A DNA stretch of 64,000 nt. Source: Thermoplasmatota archaeon. GTDB taxonomy: Archaea; Thermoplasmatota; Poseidoniia; Poseidoniales; Thalassarchaeaceae. This document shows, one piece after another, positions 19,497-28,533 of this stretch (its first letter is position 1; every line of letters begins with the position of its first letter). The notes under the pieces are model-generated. The model was not told the origin of the DNA. It worked only from the letters and a program-made list of their open reading frames with translations, and ran no database searches. Both the position numbers and the translations under genes were made by a program. The stretch covers positions 548-64,547 of the forward strand of contig JAYZFV010000009.1 of the NCBI GenBank assembly GCA_036336595.1. The letters are read 5' to 3'.

Positions 19497-19565
19497 GCGA
19501 CCTACGCACAGAGAGCGCTCTTTTGAAGGCGGAGGTTTCGTAGACGTTGCCGTGTCCTAGGTGAC

Positions 19566-21764
19566 TCATGTCTCGGAGGCGCCCGCGAAGAAGGCCATGG
19601 AGTCTCGGAACAGCTCCTCCCTCCGGTACCTCTTGTTGTCCCTGATCTTTAGCCACGTGAAGGCGACTGCTAGTAGTATGACGAATGGGATGAAGGCCTC
19701 GGCGTGGTAGCGCTCCATGAACTCGATAATCCCCCTCGCGGTATAGGCCCATGTTACCGAGGCCGCGGTGCCTCCGATGAAGCAGGCGGCAAGCACACGC
19801 TGGAAGCGCATGCGGGCTACAAGCCCGAGCATCGCGCCCACGAGCACGCCGCTTGCCATGAAAGGGATCCACACGAAGACGATCAGTCCCCAGAAGCCGT
19901 AGCGGTCGATTCGGGAGCGGTTCTTGTGGGCGACGTACTCGACCGAGGACAGGATATCCCCCATGAACGGGTTCTGCAGCAGGGCTCCTGGAATGCCTCC
20001 GCGCCTCGCCACCATCGCCTCTCCGGCCAGATCCTCCGTCCCCTGCTCTACCCTTCCGGCCACGGCCCTGTCAGCGAGGGTGGACTTCTCGTTCCTAGCG
20101 CTGACCACGAGCGCCCGACCTTCGATCAGGTCTTCAAGGTCAGACTGCAACTGCTGCCTCAAGTCTCCCTGGAGGTGCTCGTAGGTCGGCTTGAACAGGA
20201 AGTAAGCGAACCTCGTGACCGGACGGTAGATCACGCGCACGAAGACGGCCTCCTCGTCTGCCATGATGGCTGCCCCGTAATCTGCCACGTCGTGCTTCTT
20301 GAACCAACGAGCCATGCTCTCATGAAAGGCCTCCTCGAGGTTTCCGAAGCGACCCATGCCCGAGAAGAACTCGCTGTAGTCCTCGGCCATTGGGATCTCC
20401 CCTTGGTCGGTGGCGGAGAACTGGAAGATGTGCCAGCCTGGGACCTCCGTCCTTCCGGAATCGATGCAAACCGCCTTGAGTTGCAACGGTCGCATCTCCC
20501 CGAAAACTCCGAACTCCGAAAGAATGTCCTTGATGATGGTGCCCTTGACATCGATTGGGGTCATGATGGTCCTCCTCGTGGTGCTATAGGGAAGGTAGAC
20601 ATCGACTGAGATCGCCCTGTCCTGGATCATCATCGAATCGTAGTCTGGACTGATGTGAAGCCTCTCGCTCGCCGATGCGACGGTCCTCTCTATCAGGCGC
20701 CGCATCTGTTTGCTCGAGAGAAGGTCGTCGGTGTCCCTGTGGTAGAGTCGGTGCATTAGCGGGTACTGAACGCATAGGAAGAAGATGGACATGCCCAAGG
20801 AGACTGATGCCATGTACCACGGTGGCACTTGGGCACTGCCGCCGGTGAGCATCGCTGTCTCCCTACCACCAATCCACTCGGCAGCCATTAGCCCCCATCC
20901 CCAGCCACCCAACCGCTGAACGGTGAAGCAGGCCCTGGGCTCGTCATCGAACTTCTCCATCTTCTTGTGCATCTCCGTGGACCCCCACAGCGAGGAAGTC
21001 TCCATGCTCTCCAGGAGGATTGCAATCTCCTTCGAGGCGTGGATGTCACTGCTCGCTTCTGATGAGTGAGCGAGGGAGGTCAACTCGTGGATTGTTAAGT
21101 TGGAGAGGTCCGTAGCATCGTCAGTCCATACGAACATCTCAATGGTGACTTCATACTCCCCTTCCCCCAGGGAGTCGTAGTCCAAAGTCAGCGATAGGTC
21201 ACCCACCCCACCGACCCCAATAACGGTTGACTCGGAGCCGTTGGATAGCGTCAGTAGCATGATAGAAGATGCCGAAGTTGGGGCGTTTTGGCTGAGGACG
21301 CGGAGGTCCTGGTCCTGGTCGACCCAAGTCTCGAACCAAATCACCGCGGTCTTGTCAATGCAGTCGGACGGATCGAGGAGGGTTCCCGAGACCTTGTCGT
21401 CAAGCGTGATCGAGTCCTCGAACAAGAGTCCCGACGAGGTGAGGAACACGGAGCCGAAGAAGAGTGCCCCGGCGATCAGGCCGAAAACAAGGGTGTAGTC
21501 ATCGAAGGTCTGGGGGATGATCGTGTTGACCATGAAGCTGTTGTCTGGATTGATCCTCCTGTCGCGAATCCTCTCGAGCTCCAAGTCGATCTTGTCCCCC
21601 TCTATTTCCACCTCTGGAGCCTTGATCCCCTCCGAGTCGGGACCCCTCTCCTCGTCAATGCCAGGTGCCTCGGAGAGACCCGGGGAACCGTCATCGCTCG
21701 ACATGTTAGCAGCAGGGGCTGAAGGAGGTATATTTGTTGTTTGCAAGGTGGCCCGAAGACCCAT
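19566..21764 (-). CDS. Large membrane protein of unknown function; the C-terminal approx. 110 aa resemble the small multidrug export/COG2426 membrane domain
   Basis: 732-aa ORF with ATG at 21764 or 21704. It has TM helices, an external beta-rich region, a soluble middle domain and a C-terminal WGLIVFVWIPFMASGVLVGAMLG...FIGGTAASVTWAY segment. First gene of the minus-strand unit. Confidence 0.5.
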   Translation of the reverse strand: MGLRATLQTTNIPPSAPAANMSSDDGSPGLSEAPGIDEERGPDSEGIKAPEVEIEGDKIDLELERIRDRRINPDNSFMVNTIIPQTFDDYTLVFGLIAGALFFGSVFLTSSGLLFEDSITLDDKVSGTLLDPSDCIDKTAVIWFETWVDQDQDLRVLSQNAPTSASSIMLLTLSNGSESTVIGVGGVGDLSLTLDYDSLGEGEYEVTIEMFVWTDDATDLSNLTIHELTSLAHSSEASSDIHASKEIAILLESMETSSLWGSTEMHKKMEKFDDEPRACFTVQRLGGWGWGLMAAEWIGGRETAMLTGGSAQVPPWYMASVSLGMSIFFLCVQYPLMHRLYHRDTDDLLSSKQMRRLIERTVASASERLHISPDYDSMMIQDRAISVDVYLPYSTTRRTIMTPIDVKGTIIKDILSEFGVFGEMRPLQLKAVCIDSGRTEVPGWHIFQFSATDQGEIPMAEDYSEFFSGMGRFGNLEEAFHESMARWFKKHDVADYGAAIMADEEAVFVRVIYRPVTRFAYFLFKPTYEHLQGDLRQQLQSDLEDLIEGRALVVSARNEKSTLADRAVAGRVEQGTEDLAGEAMVARRGGIPGALLQNPFMGDILSSVEYVAHKNRSRIDRYGFWGLIVFVWIPFMASGVLVGAMLGLVARMRFQRVLAACFIGGTAASVTWAYTARGIIEFMERYHAEAFIPFVILLAVAFTWLKIRDNKRYRREELFRDSMAFFAGASET

Positions 21765-21849
21765 GGGGCTTGATTGGTCGTCTCATCCCAACTATCGAAC
21801 AAACACGCGCCCTGACTGAAAATTTCTTAGTCTGAATGGCAATTTTAAT

Positions 21850-21872
21850 GTCCTCCTACATAGTAGGAGGAC
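21850..21872 (+). promoter_or_regulatory. Perfect 10-bp inverted repeat (GTCCTCCTAC ATA GTAGGAGGAC) ending 1 nt before the ATG of the giant gene
   Basis: Read directly from the sequence. The right arm contains the SD-like GGAGG and the left arm the complementary CCTCC. TATA-like AATTTTAAT lies at 21841-21849. Confidence 0.6.
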
Positions 21873-21873
21873 C

Positions 21874-24800
21874 ATGCCTAGTGGTAACGGGGCGCGGATT
21901 CACCTGTCCCTCCTCCTCACTGCGTTGATGCTGATGCCGACTATTCTGGCACTCGCGTCATTCGCCCACGAGCCGAAGGAGATGGGGACGGAGTCAAGTC
22001 CTTCGAGATCCTCGGACAAGAATCTTGGGGCACATCTCGGACAGCTCGGAGTTCCGCAGACTGACGATGTTTCCCACGGTTGGAATGTGGAGGGGAACAT
22101 CGGGCAGGCTGCTCTTTACCACAGGACGGCCGCATACGTTCCCATTCAAGATTGGACCGCGAAAACTGGGGAGAGGATAGTCTCTGGCTGGCATACGTTG
22201 GGTCACGACTACCCCATTCCAAGCGACTGGAAGTCCGAGTTATCCGACCTCGGGATAGATTGCCAGACCTTCTTTGCCCCTCAAGGATTCCACTGCAATG
22301 TTCCTGAATTGCCCCCGGAAACCCTGATGGAACACGGTGTTATCGGCATATTCAGACTTGACCCCACAGACAAACTAGCTCCGGACATCTTGCCCATAAT
22401 GAAGTTTGGACTGGATAGTAGTGCGATTAAGGAGGGTGACTCGTTTATCCTCAGAGTCCTTATTGCTGGTCCCGGTTTAGACCGCATTTCATTGGAAAAG
22501 GAAGTTGAGATTAGGGATTTCTTCTCTGAGAGATTCGCCACAATAGTAGCGAGCCAGGACGAAGTGAATTGGTTGGTAAACCAGAATTATGTCGAGTGGG
22601 TAGAGCCCGTTTATCCTGACGAGCTCATGGACGGTGAAGCTACGGAGGTCATGAATGTCAATTGGGTCAGGGATGGGGCGAACATGGGAGGGGCTTTGAA
22701 CGGCTTGACCGGGGATGGAGTAATCGTAGGTGTGATGGATTCCGGCTTGGACGTCGCGGGTGAGTGTACAAGCATCTCCAGCTGCAATTCTGTCAATTCG
22801 GGCACAATTCACCCGGCGTTTGCTGGAAGGATTGCTTATGCCGATTCATTCTGGGGATCGCCTGCGAGGCCGTCATGGGACGAGTGCTCGTTTGGAGATG
22901 ACGGCGTCAATGATCAGCATGGGCACGGGACCCACGTAGCCGGTTCGGTCTTGGGAGACGGGTCGAACTCCGAGGAGGGCTACGATGGGACGGGCTCGGC
23001 CCCGGGGGCCCAGTTGTACATGCAAGGCGTCGCCTGCTGGCATGCCCACTGGTCGGCAACAAAATACTGGATGTTCACCCCGGATGACTATCAAAATGAT
23101 ATTTTTCAGCCCGCTTACGATGCGGGAGCGAGGGTCCACACGAACTCCTGGGGAAGTAACCCAACCGCCGGACTCCCACACAACGAATACAACCTCGATT
23201 CACTAGTAATTGACCAGTCGGCTTATGCAATGGACGATTTGTTGATCCTATATGCAATGGGCAACGATGGAGAGGACGCGAACCTGAACGGCGAGATCGA
23301 TCTGGCTCTATTGAACCCGCAGGCAACGGCGAAAAATATCCTGTCCATAGGTGCCTCAGAGAACTTCCGGTGTGATATGTATTCAGTAACGTGGAGCGTT
23401 TTGGGATATGGAGCGGCGCCGATATCAGATGATAATTTAGCCTGTGATATAGAAGGGGTTGCCGCCCTTTCCAATCGAGGGCCGACGGAGGATGGCAGGT
23501 TAAAGCCAGACTTGGTGGCCCCGGGCACGTATATCGTCTCGGCGAGGTCCCAAGACGTCGATGAGAACGGAGACCCGGTAGAATACAGTTGGGGGTACCC
23601 CGGCGGGAGCTCGGATTACTACGCTTACAACACCGGGACCTCGATGGCAACCCCCTTGACAGCGGGCGGTGCGGCCTTGGTGATTGAGTTTCTGAATGAT
23701 CGCGGCACCTACGACTGCACCTCGCCGACCTACGACTGTCCTGCTTCGGCATTGCTGAAAGCAATGATGTCAGCTGGTGCCCATGACATGGTAGGCCAGT
23801 ACCAGACGGGTGGGGATGGGAAGAACGGCGCTGTGGATGCAGCCCCTAACAATCACGAGGGCTGGGGGAGGGTAGACATCCAAGGGGCAGTGGGAAGCTC
23901 GTTTACTGATGGGATCGAAATCACCACGGGCGAGAGCCATTCGCTGAAGTTGGAAGTCACCCCTGGCCTGTCTGAGTTTCGCGTGGTGCTATCCTGGAAT
24001 GACCCACCCAACTCCCCTAGTGCGTTCTACCAACTAGTCAACGATCTGGACATAACGCTAAAGGATCCAAGCGGAGATTACTTCGAATACACCAATGACG
24101 ACGTGAACAACCTGGTTGGCATCACTATCGAGAACCCAGACGCCGGTGACTGGGAGATCATCGTTACCGGCGTCAGCGTCCCGGAGCCAGACCCGGGATG
24201 CCTATGCCAAACCTACTACCTGGCTGCTAGTGACGGTCTAGCGATCACTGACATGAGGCATCCTGTGACTGACGGCCTATTCGCGGGAGATCCCCTTCAC
24301 CATGCTGGCTTCCAATCGGGATCGATCTTCACCGAGACAACGATCGCGACAGGTGACGGGCACATCTGCACGATCTTCCATGACTCCTCCCTGCAGTGCT
24401 GGGGAGACAACTCGCATGGCCAACTTGGTGACGGTACTACCACGGACCGCCAGACCATGACCCCAGTGGGACTGGGGGCTGGCAGGACTGCGGTCTCAGT
24501 CAGCGCTGGGGCCTCGCACACCTGCGCGGCCCTAGACGACTCCAGTCTGAAGTGCTGGGGGAAGAATAGCCAGGGACAGCTCGGGGATGGGACCACTGCC
24601 AGCTCTGCGTCCCCGGTCAGTGTCGGACTCGGGGGCTTCCCAGTTCAGGTCTCCGCTGGCTCGAGGCACACATGCGCTGTGCTGACCGATGCAAGTCTGG
24701 AATGCTGGGGGGACAACAGCCACGGCCAACTCGGTGACGGGACCACCACCGACAGTAGCTCACCGGTTGCAGTCAGCTTCAGCGGCGGGCAGAAGGTACT

Positions 24801-27800
24801 GGCTGTCTCGGCCGGTGGCAGTCACACCTGCGCAGTGCTCAACGATAGAAGCCTGAAGTGCTGGGGGGAGAATGGCGATGGCCAACTGGGGATAGGCTCG
24901 AGTGTCGACAGCAGTTCCCCCGCTGACGTCAATCTCGGGGATTATGTCGTCGCTGTTTCGACTGGAGAGTCGCACACCTGCGGCCTCCGAGTCGATCAAG
25001 ACCTCAAGTGCTGGGGTGGCAATGACCAAGGACAGCTCGGAACTGGTGACCAGGTTTCGCAGGACTCCCCCCCATCCTCCCCCACATTGAGTGGCATCAT
25101 CTCGATTGACGCTGGAAGCAAGCACAACTGCGCCATCGACACCGCCCAAGTTCTGCATTGTTGGGGTGGTAACTCAGATGGCCAGGTCGGGGACGGGACC
25201 ACGAGCACTGTGACCTCCCCTAGCACGATCGGCATAGACACGAATCCCGTACTCGGAGCGATTGCCGTTGTCGTAGGCGACTCGTATTCGTGCGCCGCTG
25301 CCAGCGACGACCTGTTGAGGTGCTGGGGAGGTGCGGATGCGGGCACAATCACAATCGGATTGGCGCCAATCCAGTTTGAGTTACCCCGGTGGACGTACAT
25401 CAACTCGGCTGAGCGTGATCTGGACGATGACGGCTCCCTGAATCTGTTCGACACGCACGGAGCGGGGGACTCCGATGGGGATGGCTTCCCCGCAGGCCCC
25501 AATGACATTGACGATGGCAATCCTGCCATAGCCAAAGATTGCAACGCGGGATCCTATGGACGGTACATCTGCAAGCAGGCCACGGTCGGCTTCTACGTCA
25601 GCGCTCAGGGCAGCCTAGTGATGACTCCCGCCAGAGCCGGACACTACGTCGACTCTGATGGGGCTCAGGCCGATACGCCCTGCGGGATTGGCACGTACCA
25701 AGAACTGACGGGGCGGACCTCGTGCGACCCTGCGCGGGCAGGATACTACGTCGACGGTACAGGGGCATCCTCCGACACGCCATGCCCGGGCGGCACCTTC
25801 AACCCGGACACCGGGTCTCTTTCGGTCGCCGACTGCACTGGTTCCGATCCCGGTTACAACGTTCCCATACTGACTCAGATATCATCCGGATCCTACCACA
25901 CCTGCGCCGTCCTCGATGACGGATCGGTGAGCTGCTGGGGTGACAACGCAAACGGTCAGCTCGGGGACGGGACTAGGGCGGGACACACTTCCCCCGAGCC
26001 CGTTCTCCTTCCATTGGGGAAGTCAGCCGTGTCGATCTCGGCAGGATCTTACCACACCTGCGCCGTCCTCGATGACGGGTCGCTGCGGTGCTGGGGCAGC
26101 AACGAGTTCGGACAGCTCGGGGACGGTACCAGCATCGAGAGGACTAGCCCGGTCAGTGTTGACCTCGGTCCCGGAATGACCGCTGTGAGCGTGTCAGCGG
26201 GAGAGTCACATACCTGTGCCGTGTTGGACGATTCCGGCGTGAAGTGCTGGGGGGAGAACAGCAACGGACAGATCGGGGACGGGACTAGCACGAATCGACT
26301 CAGTCCAGTTTCAGTGGGCTTAGGCAGTGGGGATACAGCCAGGTCAGTATCCTCGGGCTCGTACCACACCTGCGCCATCACGGACACTAGGTCGGTGAAA
26401 TGCTGGGGAGACAACTGGCATGGGCAGTTGGGCGACGGCAGCACTGGTGACAGGATTTCGCCCACAAGCATCGAATTGCCGGGGAACAGCAGCGCTGTGA
26501 CCCTGTCTTCGGGCTCCTTCCACACCTGTGTGGGCCTCAATGACGGCTCCATGTTCTGCTGGGGCTACAATGCCTACGGCCAGATCGGAGACGGGACCAC
26601 TACGAACAGCAACGCGCCCTCTTCAGTGGGATTGACTGAGTTCGAGTCCCCCGTCCAAGTCTCGACGGGGATGTACCACAGTTGTGCCCTTTTCGACAGT
26701 GGCAGCGTCTCCTGCTGGGGTGGCAACTCGGAGGGCCAGCTTGGAGACGGGAGCCAGACTGACACATCGATTCCAGACACAGTGAACCTGCCCGTGGGTA
26801 AGGACGCGCTTTCGATCTCAGTGGGCCAGCGACACTCCTGTGCGATTCTGGATGACGCCACCCTCTATTGTTGGGGCTACAATGCCTACGGCCAGCTCGG
26901 TGACGGGACCACAGCGAACCAGATTTCTCCAGCCAACATTGACCTGCGACATGGATCGGGCGCTCAGATACCGTGCTCCGTCGGGACATTCCAGCCTAAC
27001 GCGTCCCAGACTTCATGCATCCTCGCGGACAGGGGGTACAGCGTCCCACAACCGGCTTCGCTCAATCAGACCGGTTGCAACAAGGGCTACTACTCGAACC
27101 TGAGGGGACAGGAGTCGTGCACACCGGCTTCGATTGGGTATTACGTGGACGAGATCATGGCCGACTCGCAAACTGCCTGCCCCCCGTTCAACTCGACTGT
27201 GCAACTCGGATCGATCAACTTCGATCTGTGTAAGCCCGACTTCGACGGTGACATGACGCCAGACGTGACTGATTTGGATGACGACGATGATGGCGTCGAA
27301 GACCGATATGACTTCGATCCGCTTGATCCCGAGGTCTCCATCGACTCCGACGGAGACGGCATCCCCGACAGCCTGGATATAGATGACGACAACGATGGCG
27401 TGAACGACACTACCGACCTATTCCCCTACAACCAAGGCGAGTGGGAAGACGAGGACAATGACGGAGTGGGGGACAACAGCGACACCGACGACGACAATGA
27501 CGGACGAGATGACATGTTCGACGTGTTCCCCAACGATCCCGAGGAATGGTCGGACTTCGATGGGGACGGCATTGGAGACAATGCCGATGAGGACGACGAC
27601 AACGACGGCGTCAACGACGTTGGTAACAACCCGTATGTCGACATGGATGACGCATTCCCGCTAGACAGCACAGAGTGGCTCGACACCGACGGTGACAGCA
27701 TCGGCAACAATCAGGACGACGACGACGACGGTGACGGTTACGACGATGGAAATGACACGTTTCCGCTCGATCCATCCGAATGGGCGGACTCGGATGGCGA

Positions 27801-28371
27801 CACCTTCGGTGACAACTTCGACTGGGACGACAACGATCCAAACGAATGGGTGGACTCGGATGGCGACCAGGTGGGTGACAACAGCGACCAGTGTCCGGAC
27901 GAAGAGGGATTGAACGATAGCTTCGAGAACTTCGCTCACAAGTTAGCGCTAGGAAACAAACTCGGATGCCCGCTTATCGAGGGAGAGATTGAGACAGAGG
28001 AAGAGGTCCCGGACACGCCCACACTCGCGGACGTCGATGTATTGGACACCGATGGTGACGGTTTGATCGACGTCTTCGATAAGGATGACGACGACGACGG
28101 AATCTGCGATGCGGCTGAAGCGGTCGATGAAAGAGTAGACGCCGGTGGCAATATAATTGAGAAGGCCTGTAGCATGGGGCCAGATGGCAAACTTGACTCC
28201 CAAACCGGTGAAGGGAAATTCTCCAAGGACCCGACTAGGCCATTCGGGCAGAACGCGTGGGTTGTAATCTCACTGAGCCTCATTTTCCTCTCGATCATGG
28301 GATATCGAATCTTCAACTGGCAGAGGAGACAGGCCGCCAAGCTGAAGTCCAAGAGAATCCGTCTCGGATGA
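21874..28371 (+). CDS. Giant (2,165 aa) anchored multidomain protein. Domains in order: signal peptide, S8 subtilase, P-domain-like module, 7 RCC1 blades, Cys-rich ephrin-receptor-like repeats, 7 RCC1 blades, Cys-rich repeats, TSP3-like Asp-rich Ca-binding repeats, C-terminal TM.
   Basis: Catalytic triad motifs VGVMDSG (D289, nt 22738), HGTHVAG (H351, nt 22924) and GTSMATP (S590, nt 23641). There are 14 CWGxNxxGQLGDG repeats, DxDxDGxxD repeats, and the TM WVVISLSLIFLSIMGY followed by a basic tail. Confidence 0.9.
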   Translation: MPSGNGARIHLSLLLTALMLMPTILALASFAHEPKEMGTESSPSRSSDKNLGAHLGQLGVPQTDDVSHGWNVEGNIGQAALYHRTAAYVPIQDWTAKTGERIVSGWHTLGHDYPIPSDWKSELSDLGIDCQTFFAPQGFHCNVPELPPETLMEHGVIGIFRLDPTDKLAPDILPIMKFGLDSSAIKEGDSFILRVLIAGPGLDRISLEKEVEIRDFFSERFATIVASQDEVNWLVNQNYVEWVEPVYPDELMDGEATEVMNVNWVRDGANMGGALNGLTGDGVIVGVMDSGLDVAGECTSISSCNSVNSGTIHPAFAGRIAYADSFWGSPARPSWDECSFGDDGVNDQHGHGTHVAGSVLGDGSNSEEGYDGTGSAPGAQLYMQGVACWHAHWSATKYWMFTPDDYQNDIFQPAYDAGARVHTNSWGSNPTAGLPHNEYNLDSLVIDQSAYAMDDLLILYAMGNDGEDANLNGEIDLALLNPQATAKNILSIGASENFRCDMYSVTWSVLGYGAAPISDDNLACDIEGVAALSNRGPTEDGRLKPDLVAPGTYIVSARSQDVDENGDPVEYSWGYPGGSSDYYAYNTGTSMATPLTAGGAALVIEFLNDRGTYDCTSPTYDCPASALLKAMMSAGAHDMVGQYQTGGDGKNGAVDAAPNNHEGWGRVDIQGAVGSSFTDGIEITTGESHSLKLEVTPGLSEFRVVLSWNDPPNSPSAFYQLVNDLDITLKDPSGDYFEYTNDDVNNLVGITIENPDAGDWEIIVTGVSVPEPDPGCLCQTYYLAASDGLAITDMRHPVTDGLFAGDPLHHAGFQSGSIFTETTIATGDGHICTIFHDSSLQCWGDNSHGQLGDGTTTDRQTMTPVGLGAGRTAVSVSAGASHTCAALDDSSLKCWGKNSQGQLGDGTTASSASPVSVGLGGFPVQVSAGSRHTCAVLTDASLECWGDNSHGQLGDGTTTDSSSPVAVSFSGGQKVLAVSAGGSHTCAVLNDRSLKCWGENGDGQLGIGSSVDSSSPADVNLGDYVVAVSTGESHTCGLRVDQDLKCWGGNDQGQLGTGDQVSQDSPPSSPTLSGIISIDAGSKHNCAIDTAQVLHCWGGNSDGQVGDGTTSTVTSPSTIGIDTNPVLGAIAVVVGDSYSCAAASDDLLRCWGGADAGTITIGLAPIQFELPRWTYINSAERDLDDDGSLNLFDTHGAGDSDGDGFPAGPNDIDDGNPAIAKDCNAGSYGRYICKQATVGFYVSAQGSLVMTPARAGHYVDSDGAQADTPCGIGTYQELTGRTSCDPARAGYYVDGTGASSDTPCPGGTFNPDTGSLSVADCTGSDPGYNVPILTQISSGSYHTCAVLDDGSVSCWGDNANGQLGDGTRAGHTSPEPVLLPLGKSAVSISAGSYHTCAVLDDGSLRCWGSNEFGQLGDGTSIERTSPVSVDLGPGMTAVSVSAGESHTCAVLDDSGVKCWGENSNGQIGDGTSTNRLSPVSVGLGSGDTARSVSSGSYHTCAITDTRSVKCWGDNWHGQLGDGSTGDRISPTSIELPGNSSAVTLSSGSFHTCVGLNDGSMFCWGYNAYGQIGDGTTTNSNAPSSVGLTEFESPVQVSTGMYHSCALFDSGSVSCWGGNSEGQLGDGSQTDTSIPDTVNLPVGKDALSISVGQRHSCAILDDATLYCWGYNAYGQLGDGTTANQISPANIDLRHGSGAQIPCSVGTFQPNASQTSCILADRGYSVPQPASLNQTGCNKGYYSNLRGQESCTPASIGYYVDEIMADSQTACPPFNSTVQLGSINFDLCKPDFDGDMTPDVTDLDDDDDGVEDRYDFDPLDPEVSIDSDGDGIPDSLDIDDDNDGVNDTTDLFPYNQGEWEDEDNDGVGDNSDTDDDNDGRDDMFDVFPNDPEEWSDFDGDGIGDNADEDDDNDGVNDVGNNPYVDMDDAFPLDSTEWLDTDGDSIGNNQDDDDDGDGYDDGNDTFPLDPSEWADSDGDTFGDNFDWDDNDPNEWVDSDGDQVGDNSDQCPDEEGLNDSFENFAHKLALGNKLGCPLIEGEIETEEEVPDTPTLADVDVLDTDGDGLIDVFDKDDDDDGICDAAEAVDERVDAGGNIIEKACSMGPDGKLDSQTGEGKFSKDPTRPFGQNAWVVISLSLIFLSIMGYRIFNWQRRQAAKLKSKRIRLG
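24337..25368 (+). repeat. RCC1-like repeat block 1 (7 blades)
   Basis: The CWG motif recurs at codons 842, 894, 944, 996, 1046, 1096 and 1150 of the giant CDS (period 50-54 codons). Confidence 0.85.
25870..26943 (+). repeat. RCC1-like repeat block 2 (7 blades, exact 52-codon period)
   Basis: The CWG motif recurs at codons 1354, 1406, 1458, 1510, 1562, 1614 and 1666. An exact 29-nt DNA repeat occurs at 25894-25922 and 26050-26078. Confidence 0.85.
27232..28113 (+). repeat. Asp-rich thrombospondin-type-3-like calcium-binding repeats
   Basis: The unit FP(x)DP(x)EW(x)D(x)DGDG(x)GDN(x)D(x)DDDNDG is repeated about 4 times, with further DxDxDG loops. At the DNA level the region consists of GAC/GAT-rich repeats. 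Confidence 0.8.
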
Positions 28372-28386
28372 CCGATGCGTCACCAA

Positions 28387-28471
28387 TGGTGCAGGGGGCA
28401 GGATTCGAACCTGCGAAGCACTACGCACAGCGACCTGAACGCTGCCCCTTTGACCACTCGGGTACCCCTGC
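28387..28471 (-). tRNA. tRNA-Leu (anticodon CAG), type II with long variable arm and encoded CCA
   Basis: The reverse complement GCAGGGGTACCCGAGTGGTCAAAGGGGCAGCGTTCAGGTCGCTGTGCGTAGTGCTTCGCAGGTTCGAATCCTGCCCCCTGCACCA folds as a cloverleaf. It has a 7-bp acceptor stem, the anticodon loop TTCAGGT and the T-loop TTCGAAT. Confidence 0.9.
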
Positions 28472-28533
28472 TCGATTTGACGCTGTGACCATGAGACTTC
28501 AATGCAGCGCAATCGAAGAAGGCATCTGGATAA

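Noticed and set aside
19512-19521. 10-bp palindrome AGAGCGCTCT between the ABC ATPase gene and the 732-aa gene
   Set aside because: It is too short to distinguish from chance, has no loop to allow a hairpin, and has no second copy.
27232-28113. CRISPR-like or satellite repeat in the GAC/GAT-rich periodic DNA
   Set aside because: The repeats are in frame within the giant CDS and encode Asp-rich Ca-binding loops. There is no spacer/repeat organisation and no cas genes.
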